A stretch of 64,000 nucleotides of DNA from an uncultured Candidatus Binatia bacterium. Its GTDB lineage: Bacteria; Desulfobacterota; Binatia; UBA9968; JAJDTQ01. The stretch covers positions 1,728,001-1,792,000 of the forward strand of contig OZ244070.1 of assembly GCA_965215605.1 (NCBI GenBank), written 5' to 3'. The notes under the pieces are model-generated. The model saw nothing but the letters and a program-made list of their open reading frames with translations. It was not told the DNA's origin and made no database searches. Positions 12,865 through 22,376 of the stretch are shown piece after piece. Positions within the stretch are counted from its first letter, which is position 1. Each line of letters opens with the position of its first letter. The translations under genes and the position numbers were made by a program.

Positions 12865-13532
12865 TACACCCGCTCTTGCACGCCGCCGTTGGAGGCGCGG
12901 ATCACACGTCCACAGGTCCGGTCGAGGATTTCGCTGTCGTGGCTGGAGAGGACGATGGTCATCCGTGAGCCGCGGTTGAGGTCGACAAGCTGTTGCGCGA
13001 TGCTGGCCTTGGATTCCCGATCCACGCCGGAAAACGGCTCGTCGAGAAGCAGCAGGACGGGCTCCATGGTCAAGGCCCGGGCAAGGAGGACTCGTTGGCG
13101 CTGTCCGCCGGAGAGATGGGCGAACACGGTCCGGCCCAGGCGGGCCAGCCCCACCCGCTCGAGGGCCGTGTCAACCCGCCTTCTCTCGTGTCCGGGGAAC
13201 AGACGCCAAGGGCGCAGCCGCCCGTAGGCGCCCATGGCCGCCACCTCCCACACGCTCAACGGGAAGTAGGCGCTCAGGGAAGCGCCCTGGGGGACGTAGC
13301 CGAGCCGGGCGGGCGGGAGGTGCCGTTTCACCGTGCCGCCGCGCAACGGGAGCAGGCCCAGCATGGACCGGAGGAGGGTGGTCTTGCCGGACCCGTTTGC
13401 CCCAGCCAGCCCGACGAAGTCGCCGGCATGGATCTCCAGGTCGACTCCCTCGAGCACCGGCTCGGCGCCGTACCCCAGACACGCGTCTTGGAAGGCGATG
13501 ACCGGGGGCTCCCGTGCACCGCCCCTGGTCAC
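12864..13532 (-). CDS. Metal ABC transporter ATP-binding protein, ZnuC-like
   Basis: GANGSGKT, LSGGQRQR, LLLDEPF; GTG start at 13532 overlaps the upstream TGA. Confidence 0.9.
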   Translation of the reverse strand: MTRGGAREPPVIAFQDACLGYGAEPVLEGVDLEIHAGDFVGLAGANGSGKTTLLRSMLGLLPLRGGTVKRHLPPARLGYVPQGASLSAYFPLSVWEVAAMGAYGRLRPWRLFPGHERRRVDTALERVGLARLGRTVFAHLSGGQRQRVLLARALTMEPVLLLLDEPFSGVDRESKASIAQQLVDLNRGSRMTIVLSSHDSEILDRTCGRVIRASNGGVQERV

Positions 13533-14455
13533 GAGCCGGCCGCTTTCGACAGATGCGTGACCAGGTAGTCGATCAACCCGATGTAACTGTCGACGCCGGG
13601 CTTGCCGCCCACGTACAACGGTATATTCACCAACTTGGCGCCGGTCTCCGTGGCAACACGCTTCGGTACCCGGCTCGGGTAGGTGCCGTACACCACCAGC
13701 GGGACCTTGGCCGCCTTCATCCGCTCCACCAGTTGAACGATGTGCGCGGGCGTCGGTCCTATGCCGGAGGCAATCTCGAGGGTGTCGAACTGCCGCATGC
13801 CGTAACGGCCGGCGAAGTAGTTGAGCGTGTCGTGGTAGCTGACGAACCGGACGCCGTTGAGGCCCCGGGCGGTCTTTCGCCAATCGGCAATGCGCCGGTC
13901 CAGTTCCGCCAGGTACCCCTTCAGGTTCTCCATGAAGAAGGGACGGTGCTCGGCGTATAGTTTCGACAGGCCCTCGGCAACGTTCCGCGCCATGAGCTTG
14001 CCCATGACCGGGTCCAGATTGTAGTGGGGATTGCCCATCGGATGGACGTCGCCCCCCTTGCGCGAGAGGGTCTCCGGCATCCCCAGGGGCACGACTCCGG
14101 TGGATGTATCGATATAGCCGATCCCTCGGCTTGATACTCGCGGGTTGTCGGCCACGTCGAGCAAGGCCGGCAGGAACGAGTGCTCCAGGGTAAGTCCCAT
14201 CAGCACCAGCGCATCGGCGCGGTTGAGCATGGTGACCATGCTCGGCTTTACCTGAACGCTGTGAATGTCCCGGACGCCGAGGGTGAGACTGCTGACCGAC
14301 AGCCGGTCCCCGCCGATCTGCCGGGTGATGTCGGCCAGGTCCGGAATCGTCGCCACCACCCGGATTTTCTGGGCCGTCGCGGAACCCGAAAGTATCAAGA
14401 CGAGCGCCAGCGTCATGACGACTGCCGGCCACTGCCGTGCGGACATGCTGTTCAT
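13529..14455 (-). CDS. Metal ABC transporter substrate-binding protein, ZnuA/TroA-like
   Basis: Signal peptide, DIHSV, GDVHPMGNPHYNLDP, SYHDTLNYF. Confidence 0.9.
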   Translation of the reverse strand: MNSMSARQWPAVVMTLALVLILSGSATAQKIRVVATIPDLADITRQIGGDRLSVSSLTLGVRDIHSVQVKPSMVTMLNRADALVLMGLTLEHSFLPALLDVADNPRVSSRGIGYIDTSTGVVPLGMPETLSRKGGDVHPMGNPHYNLDPVMGKLMARNVAEGLSKLYAEHRPFFMENLKGYLAELDRRIADWRKTARGLNGVRFVSYHDTLNYFAGRYGMRQFDTLEIASGIGPTPAHIVQLVERMKAAKVPLVVYGTYPSRVPKRVATETGAKLVNIPLYVGGKPGVDSYIGLIDYLVTHLSKAAGS

Positions 14456-14486
14456 GAAAGGGTCTCCTCAAGGAACCGGTTGCGTC

Positions 14487-15842
14487 TTATCGCCGCTCGC
14501 GAAAGCCATGCGTATGGCTGCCGAGCACAGTGGTCCACTGAAGGTAGAACTGAGAGCCGTCGTTCCCCGATGCCGCTCCGCCGACGTCATCCCGACCGTG
14601 GGTATACTGCAGACGCAGACGGTTGAACTCGCTGGGCGACCAGGAAATGTAAGGCGACACACCCTGCGTCTTGTTGGTGGGATTCTCCAGGTCGGGCGCG
14701 GTATCGAGCATCAGCCCGAGACTCCAACGGCCCTGAATCTCCGGATTCAGATTCCACTCCGCGTAGGCATAGCCGCCTTCGGCGGTGATCCGCCCCAAGT
14801 CATGGAACGTCTGGCGATTGGTGAACCACTCGCCCGCGAGCGTGAGCCCTTCATAGAAACCCGCAACCAGAGGCCGGTGCCGGAGTGTCATGTCGAAACC
14901 GAGCAGAGAGCGCTCGCTCCGTTCCGCTTCCATCTCCATCCTTGGCGTGAACGCCAACGAGGAACCCACTTCGAGGTTCCAGGTCTCGCTCAGGTCGAAA
15001 AAGGTATGCACCCGGCCCAGGTAGGTCATGTGGCTGAGGAAGCGCTTGCTTCCGGAGGCGTCCTCATCCTCATGTTCATCCTCATGTTCATCCTCGTGCT
15101 CCTCACCTTCATCCTCACCTTCATCCTCACCTTCCTCTTCGTGCTCCTCATGCTCCTCGCCCTCTGCCTCGTGGCCGTGCGCGTGGGCATGGCCGATTTC
15201 GTTGAACACGCCACCCGTGACGGCCAGGTAGAACGGTGTCGGGAAGAGATAGCGCGATTGGACGCCGGTGCCCAAGGCCTCCCCGCCCACCATGCGGGTA
15301 AGAGACAACGGCGCATTGACGAACGGAAGCTCGTGCTGATGAAACTGCCCCAGACGGCCGAAATCCGCGAAGAACCGCCCGGCGGTGAAGTTGACGGGCA
15401 GAGCGGTGGTTTGCACGGCCGCCTCTTCGATCTCGACCCCGTCTTCCGAGCCGGTGATGAACGTATAGGCCCTGGCGTACGGATCTATTTCAGCCGACAG
15501 TCCGACCTCCAGCGTCCGGAACCTGAACTCTCCGTCGCTGTCACCCCGGTGTTCGAAAGTGGTGTCGATGGAAGCTCCGATGGAAGGATTCAGGATCGAA
15601 GGGCTCTTCTGAATCGATTTCACCGATTGCTCCACCGAATCCACACGGGCGGCCTCCGCCTTCTTCTGCTCAAGGTCGTCGATGCGCTTCATCAGCCGGC
15701 CCATCTCCTCCTGCATCGCCTGCAGTTGCTTCTTGAGCGCGTCCACCGGCTCTTCCGCCCCCGCGGGCGCCACCAACCCGCAGGACAGCAAGAGCGCGAA
15801 GCACCCGGCAAACAACCTCTCCCTCACGAAAACCCGTCCCAT
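14487..15842 (-). CDS. Putative zinc-regulated outer-membrane beta-barrel protein with His/Glu-rich loop
   Basis: Signal peptide, coiled coil, FGRLGQFHQHELPFV, long H/E/D tract, C-terminal GSHTHGF; first gene of the metal ABC operon. Confidence 0.7.
   Translation of the reverse strand: MGRVFVRERLFAGCFALLLSCGLVAPAGAEEPVDALKKQLQAMQEEMGRLMKRIDDLEQKKAEAARVDSVEQSVKSIQKSPSILNPSIGASIDTTFEHRGDSDGEFRFRTLEVGLSAEIDPYARAYTFITGSEDGVEIEEAAVQTTALPVNFTAGRFFADFGRLGQFHQHELPFVNAPLSLTRMVGGEALGTGVQSRYLFPTPFYLAVTGGVFNEIGHAHAHGHEAEGEEHEEHEEEGEDEGEDEGEEHEDEHEDEHEDEDASGSKRFLSHMTYLGRVHTFFDLSETWNLEVGSSLAFTPRMEMEAERSERSLLGFDMTLRHRPLVAGFYEGLTLAGEWFTNRQTFHDLGRITAEGGYAYAEWNLNPEIQGRWSLGLMLDTAPDLENPTNKTQGVSPYISWSPSEFNRLRLQYTHGRDDVGGAASGNDGSQFYLQWTTVLGSHTHGFRERR
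15060..15185. repeat. Coding 12-bp tandem repeats encoding (EDEH)n/(EDEG)n
   Basis: tcatcctcatgt and tcatcctcacct units in tandem. Confidence 0.8.
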
Positions 15843-15882
15843 CAGCGTCTCCTTTCCGCGTACAGAGCTCGATACCCGACAC

Positions 15883-15911
15883 TTTTTAATAATGAGTTAT
15901 CAATTAGTCAA
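15883..15911 (-). promoter_or_regulatory. Promoter of the metal-uptake operon with a Fur/Zur-like box in the spacer
   Basis: Minus strand TTGACT-N17-TAAAAA; spacer carries the imperfect AT-rich palindrome TAATTGATAACTCATTA; divergent Fur-family gene. Confidence 0.6.
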
Positions 15912-16023
15912 CCCTTATAACTTCGTAAATATAGTATTTGGTGACAAGCTGTGCTTGTTACTAGTAGAAGTATATCAATATACTGGCAGGTCTGGATGGG
16001 TGTGGCCGAAAGGACCTCCTGCT

Positions 16024-16053
16024 TTGCATGTCCGAAGCGCAGTGGTGTATAAT
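16024..16053 (+). promoter_or_regulatory. Putative sigma70 promoter of the Fur-family gene
   Basis: TTGCAT-N18-TATAAT. Confidence 0.5.
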
Positions 16054-16116
16054 CGGTGACCGATTATTCAGGAAGAGGACGGAGCGCACCGCCCGCGGCA
16101 GGATCGGGAGACTCCC

Positions 16117-16551
16117 ATGACCGACGAAAAACGCCACGCCGAAGAAGCCGCTTCCCAGCATCGCCCCCGCGCCAAACGGCGGACACGGCAACGAAGCGTT
16201 ATCCAGCGGGTGCTGCTGGAAGCCAACCGGCCGCTCAGCCCCCACGACATCCTCCAGGCCGCGCAGGCCACGGCGCCCGGACTGGGCATCGCCACCGTCT
16301 ACCGCGCGATCCACACCATGATCACCGAGGGCCTGCTCGTCGCCGTGGAAATACCCGGGGAGGCTCCCCGTTACGAGACCGCGGGAAAGGAACACCACCA
16401 TCACTTCCAGTGCCGGACCTGCGACGACATCTTCGACATCCAGGGTTGCCCGCCGGCCATCCAACAACTCGCCCCCAAGGGTTTCCGGCTCGAAGGCCAC
16501 CAGGTCGTGCTCTACGGCGTGTGCCCTCCGTGCACGGGAATGCCCGCGTAG
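16117..16551 (+). CDS. Fur-family transcriptional regulator, probably Zur-like
   Basis: TRQR, LGIATVYR, HHHHFQCRTC, YGVCPPC; divergent from the metal ABC operon. Confidence 0.9.
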   Translation: MTDEKRHAEEAASQHRPRAKRRTRQRSVIQRVLLEANRPLSPHDILQAAQATAPGLGIATVYRAIHTMITEGLLVAVEIPGEAPRYETAGKEHHHHFQCRTCDDIFDIQGCPPAIQQLAPKGFRLEGHQVVLYGVCPPCTGMPA

Positions 16552-16688
16552 ACGGACTTGCGTTTCCCCATACGATGACGTATCGCGGAAGTGGGTCTTG
16601 CGACCCGCTCACTCGCTTTGCCTTCGCGGCACCGGCCCTTGGCACGTCAAGGCCAGCCGTGCCGTGAACGCCGCCACAGGAGACCGAT

Positions 16689-17165
16689 ATGAGCGCCCTG
16701 CGCATCGAACAGGAAGGAATGCCGGCACAGGAGCTGGATTTCCGGCAACTCGCGGAGCTGGACGGCCAGATCGCCGACGTCGGCGCACTGATCCCGGGCC
16801 GGGTCGGCGGCGCGGTGACGCTGAAGGCCATCCTCGACCGGCTGAATCCGGGCTCGGAGCTCGACTACCTGACGGTGGAGTCCACCGACGGCGGCTTCGC
16901 CGCCAGCGTGCCGCTGGAGGCGCTGGGCCACGCGGTCATCGCCTACCGCGTCGGCGACGAGCCGCTGCCCCGGGACAAGGGCGGGCCGTTGCGGCTCCTG
17001 ATCCCCGACGACGAGGGCTGCGCCACCGGCGGCGCCGACGCCTGCGCCAACGTGAAGTTCGTGGGCACGCTGCGCTTGACCAAGGGGAAGGGCAAGGATA
17101 CGCGGCCGGAGACGCCCAGACAGCATGCAAGGCTGCACGAGGAGGAAGGGGAAGGGGGACGCTAA
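16689..17165 (+). CDS. Small molybdopterin-dependent oxidoreductase-like domain protein
   Basis: STDGGFAASVPL, PLPRDKGGPLRLLIP, CANVKFV resemble the sulfite-oxidase-type Mo-binding domain C-terminal half. Confidence 0.6.
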   Translation: MSALRIEQEGMPAQELDFRQLAELDGQIADVGALIPGRVGGAVTLKAILDRLNPGSELDYLTVESTDGGFAASVPLEALGHAVIAYRVGDEPLPRDKGGPLRLLIPDDEGCATGGADACANVKFVGTLRLTKGKGKDTRPETPRQHARLHEEEGEGGR

Positions 17166-17203
17166 CCCCGCATCTTCCCGGAATCGAACGGAAAGGACAC
17201 TGA

Positions 17204-18340
17204 ATGGCGTCACTCAAGGACAAGTACGCGATCGTGGGCGTGGGACACTCGGCGCTGGGGAAAGTGCCCGAGCTGAGCGACTACGGCCTGCAGGTGATGG
17301 CGGTGAAGGCCGCCCTGGACGACGCCGGCCTCACGAAGAACGACGTCGACGCGGTGATCACCCACAGCCACCTGCTGGGAGCGGTGCGGGTGCATCACCA
17401 GAACCTGTCCGAGCGGCTGGGCATCGATACCGCCTTCGGCGTGTCGCTGTCGGCTGGCGGGGCGACGTCGTGCCTCATGGTGCAGGTGGCGGCCGCGGCC
17501 ATCGAGGCGGGCTTCTGCGAGACCGTGCTGTGCGTGCACGGCGACAAGGGCGCCACCCGCAAGACCCCCGGGCGGGGCGAAGGCGGCGGCGAGTTCGGTC
17601 CGGAGTACGGCCTATACGGTGCCGCCGGACAGCACGCCTTCGGCCTCACCCGGCACATGCACGAGTACGGCACCACCCACGACCACATGGGCGCCATCGC
17701 CGTGGCCTGCCGCAAGCACGCGCAACTGAACCCCGTGGCCGCTATGCAGGCCGACATGACCCTCGAGGACTACCACAACTCGCGCTGGATCGTGTGGCCG
17801 TTCCACCTGTTCGACTGCTGCCTGCGGAGCGACGGCGCCGCCGCGGTCATCGTCACCTCGGCGGAGCGCGCCAAAGACATGAAGCAGAAGCCAATCCACG
17901 TCATGGGCATGGGCCGCGCCAACAACTCCCGCGGCTACATCCACGGCGACCACATGACCGAGCTGGGCGCCAAGGAGTCGGGCGCCCAGGCCTTCGCCAT
18001 GGCCGGCATCGGGCCCAAGGACATCGACACCGCGCAGATCTACGACTGCTTCACCTACATCCTCATGGCCACCCTGGAGGACTACGGCTTCTGCAAGAAG
18101 GGCGAGGGCGGACCGTTCGTGAGCGACGGCCGCATCGAGCTGGGCGGAGAGCTGCCCACCAACACCTCGGGCGGCATGCTGTCCGAGTGCTACATCGAGG
18201 GCATGCTCCAGATCGTCGAAGGGGTACGGCAGTTGCGGGGCGAATGCGGCCCGCGCCAGGTCAAGGACGCCGAGACCGCCATCATCAGCGGCAACGGCGG
18301 CAACGCCGTGTGCCACTCGACGCTGATATTGAGGAACTAG
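17204..18340 (+). CDS. Thiolase-fold protein (SCP2/Ltp2-like aldolase type)
   Basis: AIVGVG, GGAT in place of the catalytic Cys loop, DCCLRSDGAAA, QIYDCFT, NTSGGMLSECY. Confidence 0.85.
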   Translation: MASLKDKYAIVGVGHSALGKVPELSDYGLQVMAVKAALDDAGLTKNDVDAVITHSHLLGAVRVHHQNLSERLGIDTAFGVSLSAGGATSCLMVQVAAAAIEAGFCETVLCVHGDKGATRKTPGRGEGGGEFGPEYGLYGAAGQHAFGLTRHMHEYGTTHDHMGAIAVACRKHAQLNPVAAMQADMTLEDYHNSRWIVWPFHLFDCCLRSDGAAAVIVTSAERAKDMKQKPIHVMGMGRANNSRGYIHGDHMTELGAKESGAQAFAMAGIGPKDIDTAQIYDCFTYILMATLEDYGFCKKGEGGPFVSDGRIELGGELPTNTSGGMLSECYIEGMLQIVEGVRQLRGECGPRQVKDAETAIISGNGGNAVCHSTLILRN

Positions 18341-18389
18341 CGGGCGGGTTGAAGCCCCGTGACGCGTTCAGGACAACCAGGAGACCGCC

Positions 18390-18797
18390 GTGAGCGACTA
18401 CGCCAAACCGATCCCGACCCCGTCCGAGGATTCCGTTCCCTTCTGGGAGGCCGCCAAGGGCCACGAGCTCAAGCTGCAGCAGTGCGGGGCCTGCAACGCC
18501 TTCCGGTTCCCGCCGGCCGAGGTGTGCTCCGAGTGCACCTCCGACGCCTACGAGTGGAAGCCCGTATCCGGCAAGGGCCGGGTGTTCTCCTTCGTCATCT
18601 ACCACCGCGCCTACCACCCCGGGTTCAAGGAGGAGCTTCCCTACGTGGTGGCGGTCATCGAGCTCGACGAGGGGCCGCGCATGCTCTCCAACGTCATGGG
18701 CTGCAAGCCCGAGGAGGTCCGCTGCGACATGCCGGTGGAGGTGGCCTTCGAGGACATCACCGACGAGATGACCCTGCCGAAGTTCCGGCCGGCCTGA
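18390..18797 (+). CDS. Zn-ribbon/OB-fold DUF35 (ChsH2-like) partner protein
   Basis: PFWEAA, QQCGAC...CSEC, SGKGRVFSF, PYVVAVIELDEGPRM; follows the thiolase. Confidence 0.9.
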   Translation: MSDYAKPIPTPSEDSVPFWEAAKGHELKLQQCGACNAFRFPPAEVCSECTSDAYEWKPVSGKGRVFSFVIYHRAYHPGFKEELPYVVAVIELDEGPRMLSNVMGCKPEEVRCDMPVEVAFEDITDEMTLPKFRPA

Positions 18798-18806
18798 GGA
18801 CGCGCC

Positions 18807-20222
18807 ATGTCATACCGTGACCTGAGAGAATGGCTCGAGCAGGTGGACGCCATGGGCGAGTTGCGCCGGATTCCGGGCTGCGACTGGAACCTGGAGATCG
18901 GCGCCCTGGCCGAGGTGGCGGGACGCGGGCAGGACGCCTCCGCGTTGCTGTTCGACAACATCAAGGACTACCCCGAAGGGCACCGGGTGCTGGTGGGCAT
19001 GGTGGAATCCCTCAAACGCGCCGCCCTCACCACCAACCTGCCCACGGACATCACCCGCAACGAATTCATCGCCGCCTGGAAGGAACGCCTCAACAACCCC
19101 AAGCTGATCCCGCCGGAGTACGTGGACGAGAGCCCGCTCTACGAAAACGTGTTCACCGGCAACGCCATCGACGTGCTCAAACTGCCGGTGCCCAAGTGGC
19201 ACGACGAGGACGGCGGCCGCTACATCGGCACCGCCCACGTGGTCATGACCCAGGATCCTGACGAGGGCTGGGTGAACATGGGCACCTACCGCACCATGGT
19301 CCACGAAAAGGACCGCCTGGCGGTCTACATCTCGCCGGGCAAGCACGGCCGCATCCACCGCCAGAAGGCCTTCGACCGGAACAAGCCCCTCAAGGTGGCC
19401 ATCTCATTCGGCCAGGACCCGCTGCTGTTCCTGCTGTCCTCGCGGCAGATCCCTTGGGGCGAGCAGGAGCTGGACTACGCCGGCGGCATCAAGGGCGCGC
19501 CCATCGACGTCATCCGCGGCGAGTTCACCGGCCTGCCGATTCCCGCCCACGCCGAGATCGCCATCGAGGGCGAGATCATGCCCGACGAGACCCGGGACGA
19601 GGGCCCCTTCGGCGAGTGGCCCGGCTACTACGCCAGCGGCTCGCGCCAGGAACCGGTGGTGCACGTCAAGAGCCTGATGTACCGAAACAACCCCATCCTC
19701 ACCGGCTCGCCGCCGTTCCGGCCGCTGCCCGGTGCCGACGGCTGCACCTCGCTGATACGGGCCGCGTTCATCTGGGATTCCATGGAGAAAGCCGGCGTCC
19801 CCGACGTCACCGGCGTTGCCTGCTACCAGAACCGCTTCTTCACCGCCGTCTCCATCCGCCAGCGCTACCCCGGCCACGCCAAGCAGGCCGCCATCATCGC
19901 CAGCCAGAACCACACCGGCGCCTACCTCGGCCGCTACGTCGTTGTGGTGGACGACGACATCGACGTCGCCGACCTGAACGACGTCGTGTGGGCCATGTGT
20001 ACCCGCTGCAACCCCGCCGACTCCATCGACATCCTGCGCCGCACCTGGAGCGGCCCCCTCGACCCCATCATCCCCCGGGACCAGAAAGGCCACAACTCCC
20101 GCGCCATCATCGACGCCTGCCGCCCCTACGAATGGATCAAGGACTTCCCGCCCGTGTCCGGAGCGAGCCCGGAGCTGAAGGAGCAGGTGCTGGAGAAGTA
20201 TGGGGGGTATCTGAAGGGGTGA
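18807..20222 (+). CDS. UbiD-family (prFMN-dependent) decarboxylase
   Basis: DLREWL, DGGRYIGT, NMGTYR, EGPFGEWPGYY, VVVDDDIDV. Confidence 0.92.
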   Translation: MSYRDLREWLEQVDAMGELRRIPGCDWNLEIGALAEVAGRGQDASALLFDNIKDYPEGHRVLVGMVESLKRAALTTNLPTDITRNEFIAAWKERLNNPKLIPPEYVDESPLYENVFTGNAIDVLKLPVPKWHDEDGGRYIGTAHVVMTQDPDEGWVNMGTYRTMVHEKDRLAVYISPGKHGRIHRQKAFDRNKPLKVAISFGQDPLLFLLSSRQIPWGEQELDYAGGIKGAPIDVIRGEFTGLPIPAHAEIAIEGEIMPDETRDEGPFGEWPGYYASGSRQEPVVHVKSLMYRNNPILTGSPPFRPLPGADGCTSLIRAAFIWDSMEKAGVPDVTGVACYQNRFFTAVSIRQRYPGHAKQAAIIASQNHTGAYLGRYVVVVDDDIDVADLNDVVWAMCTRCNPADSIDILRRTWSGPLDPIIPRDQKGHNSRAIIDACRPYEWIKDFPPVSGASPELKEQVLEKYGGYLKG

Positions 20223-20258
20223 GGGGGAGCCCGAAGCCGCCGCGCACGGTTCCCGAGT

Positions 20259-20492
20259 TCACGAAGCGAATCTGAAGACCTGCACGGAGAGGGATCGGAC
20301 CGCCTTTCCCTCGCCGTGAACCATCAGGCGAACTTTCTCCGCCGTTTCGCGACTGAAGGTTTGTTCGCCACACTGGCCGCACACCACGGCGGGAATGCCG
20401 TCTACCATGACGTACTGCCCGTCGATACAGAACATCTCGTCAACCAACTCTTCTCGGGTCTCTCCCCCGCGACAGACATCACACTTGGGCAT
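20259..20492 (-). CDS. YgiT-type zinc finger protein (antitoxin-like)
   Basis: MPKCDVC...GIPAVVCGQCGEQTFSRE; directly downstream of a DUF4258-like gene. Confidence 0.8.
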   Translation of the reverse strand: MPKCDVCRGGETREELVDEMFCIDGQYVMVDGIPAVVCGQCGEQTFSRETAEKVRLMVHGEGKAVRSLSVQVFRFAS

Positions 20493-20493
20493 G

Positions 20494-20802
20494 TCATCTC
20501 CTCCTGGAGTAATTGACCCACTCTTCCTCGCTAGGCTCATAGAGTGTGATGATCCTCAATGACTCGCCGTCGGCCAACGAAACCTGAATGTGCAGCGGCC
20601 TCCCCATTCGCGTAAAGCCCAAAAGGAGGCAGCTCGGAGAGTACTTGTCATCAGGGTACTCTTCAATCACGTTTGCCCGCCTTCCGGCTTCGCGTATTTC
20701 CCGCTCACTGATGTTTCTTTCAACCAAGCGCCTGAACGCATGGCGGGTTACGACATAGTCACCCGAAAAGAGTTGCCTACGGACTTGATCAATCGTCTTC
20801 AC
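20494..20802 (-). CDS. DUF4258-like putative toxin
   Basis: TRHAFRRLVERNI, VIEEYPDDKYSPSCLLLG, RPLHI, IITLYEP. Confidence 0.8.
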   Translation of the reverse strand: MKTIDQVRRQLFSGDYVVTRHAFRRLVERNISEREIREAGRRANVIEEYPDDKYSPSCLLLGFTRMGRPLHIQVSLADGESLRIITLYEPSEEEWVNYSRRR

Positions 20803-20977
20803 ACCGACACTGCCCCATCACATGCAAGCTCGCCTCAGGGCCTTGCCCAAGAATGACTGGCGCATGTTCAATGCCTACCCCTCACGGTACTCTCCGTCGA
20901 CGCAAACGGCAATATGTCTGTATCTGTAGATGCGGGCGTTGGCTTCCGCAAGGTCACTCACTGCGAAGGTCGTAGGT

Positions 20978-21011
20978 CTTGTAAAATAGAAGTAGCCTTC
21001 TAAATTGCAAG
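20978..21011 (+). promoter_or_regulatory. Palindromic operator / leaderless promoter of AAA-DUF4143 gene 1
   Basis: CTTGTAAAATAGAAG-tagc-CTTCTAAATTGCAAG (12/15 arm match) ends 1 nt before ATG 21013; TTGTAA-N16-TAAATT. Confidence 0.6.
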
Positions 21012-21285
21012 GATGCTCACTCGAACAATCCTACCCCTCCTGTGTGCCCGTCTGGAGGACTATCCTGCCGTCGCCCTCGTCGGCCCCCGACAATGCGGCA
21101 AGACGACTTTGGCCCTCTCGCTGGGCGGCCGATACTTCGACCTCGAACAGGAGACCGACCGGCTTCGACTGGATCTTGCTTGGGAGGAGGCCACTGCTGG
21201 ACACGATCTCGTCGTTTTGGACGAGGCTCAGGCTTGGCCCGCTGTTTTTCCGCGGCTACGAGGCGCCATTGATGCAGACCGAAGA

Positions 21286-21398
21286 CGGAACGCGCGTTTC
21301 CTCCTGCTCGGGCCGGTCGTTCCGTACCTGACGCGCCTCATCGTCTTGTCCCCCCGCGGAACGCGCGTTTCCTCCTGCTCGGGCCGGTCGTTCCGTAC
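21286..21398. repeat. Two identical 42-bp direct repeats separated by a 29-bp spacer
   Basis: cggaacgcgcgtttcctcctgctcgggccggtcgttccgtac at 21286-21327 and 21357-21398. Confidence 0.9.
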
Positions 21399-22086
21399 AC
21401 GCTCTCGGATGTCAGCACGCCTTTCACATCACTGTCGCGAAGCCTGGCGACTCAAGTCTCCGAGTCCCTCGCCGGCAGGCTGTCGGTCATCGAGCTCACC
21501 CCCCTGCTGTGGTCCGAACTGACCAGCGACCGGCAGCGTCAACGGCTTTGGCTCTTCGGCGGCTATCCCGACGGCGGTGTCCTGAATGGCAAGAGGTTCC
21601 CGGTCTGGCAAGGGGATTACCTCAACCTGCTGGCTCAACGGGACCTTCCCACCTGGGGTCTGACCGCGCGCCCGCAGACGACCCAACGGCTGTTGCGAAT
21701 GCTCGCGACCGTGCACGGTCAGGAGTGGAACGCCAGCCAGATCGGAAAGAGCCTGGGGCTCTCCTACCATACGGTCAACGATTACCTCGACTACCTGGAA
21801 GGCGCGTTTCTGGTCCGCCGCCTGCCCGCGTACCACGCCAACATACGCAAGCGCCTGGTGAAACGGCCCAAGGTTTACTGGCGGGACACGGGCCTGCTCC
21901 ACGCGCTGCTGAACACGAGTGACCGGGACACCCTCCTGAGCCAGCCCTGGGTGGGCGCCAGCTGGGAAGGGTTCGTCATCAACCAGGTGCTGGGCGCACT
22001 GCAGTGCTCCGGCCGGCGCTTCGACCCCTATCATCTCCGCACCAGCGACCAGCGCGAAATCGACCTCCTGGTGCAAGTCGACTCCG

Positions 22087-22128
22087 AGCTTTGGGCGCTC
22101 GAAATCAAGCTTTGGGCGCTCGAAATCA
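22087..22128. repeat. 21-bp in-frame tandem duplication (LWALEIK x2)
   Basis: agctttgggcgctcgaaatca twice. Confidence 0.9.
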
Positions 22129-22376
22129 AGCTCACCACCCGCCCCGGCCCCGAAGACCTCGCCCGGCTCAACGCCAACGCCGACCTGGTGGGCGCACACC
22201 GACGATTTCTCGTGTGTCAAGGCAGGGAGTACCTGGAACAGGGTCCGCAGGTGGTGTGCGACTTGGAGGGGATGCTGGCGCGTATTGACGGTTAGGCTTA
22301 CGAACGCGTCATTCCCGTGGAACAGGCTGTGTCAAAACGTCGCCCGGACAAGAATTGGCACCGACCCCCCCAAGCC

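Larger units (their letters stand above)
21013..22295 (+). pseudogene. AAA+ ATPase/DUF4143-type gene, frameshifted by an internal insertion
   Basis: GPRQCGKTT and VVLDEAQ in the frame of 21013; after about 21430 SESLAGRLSVIELTP...KRPKVYWRDTG...EIDLL...ALEIK continue in the frame of 21693. Confidence 0.85.

Noticed and set aside
21286-21398. CRISPR array call for the 42-bp repeats
   Set aside because: Only two units, no leader or cas genes, and the repeat is partly native coding sequence; kept as a finding instead.
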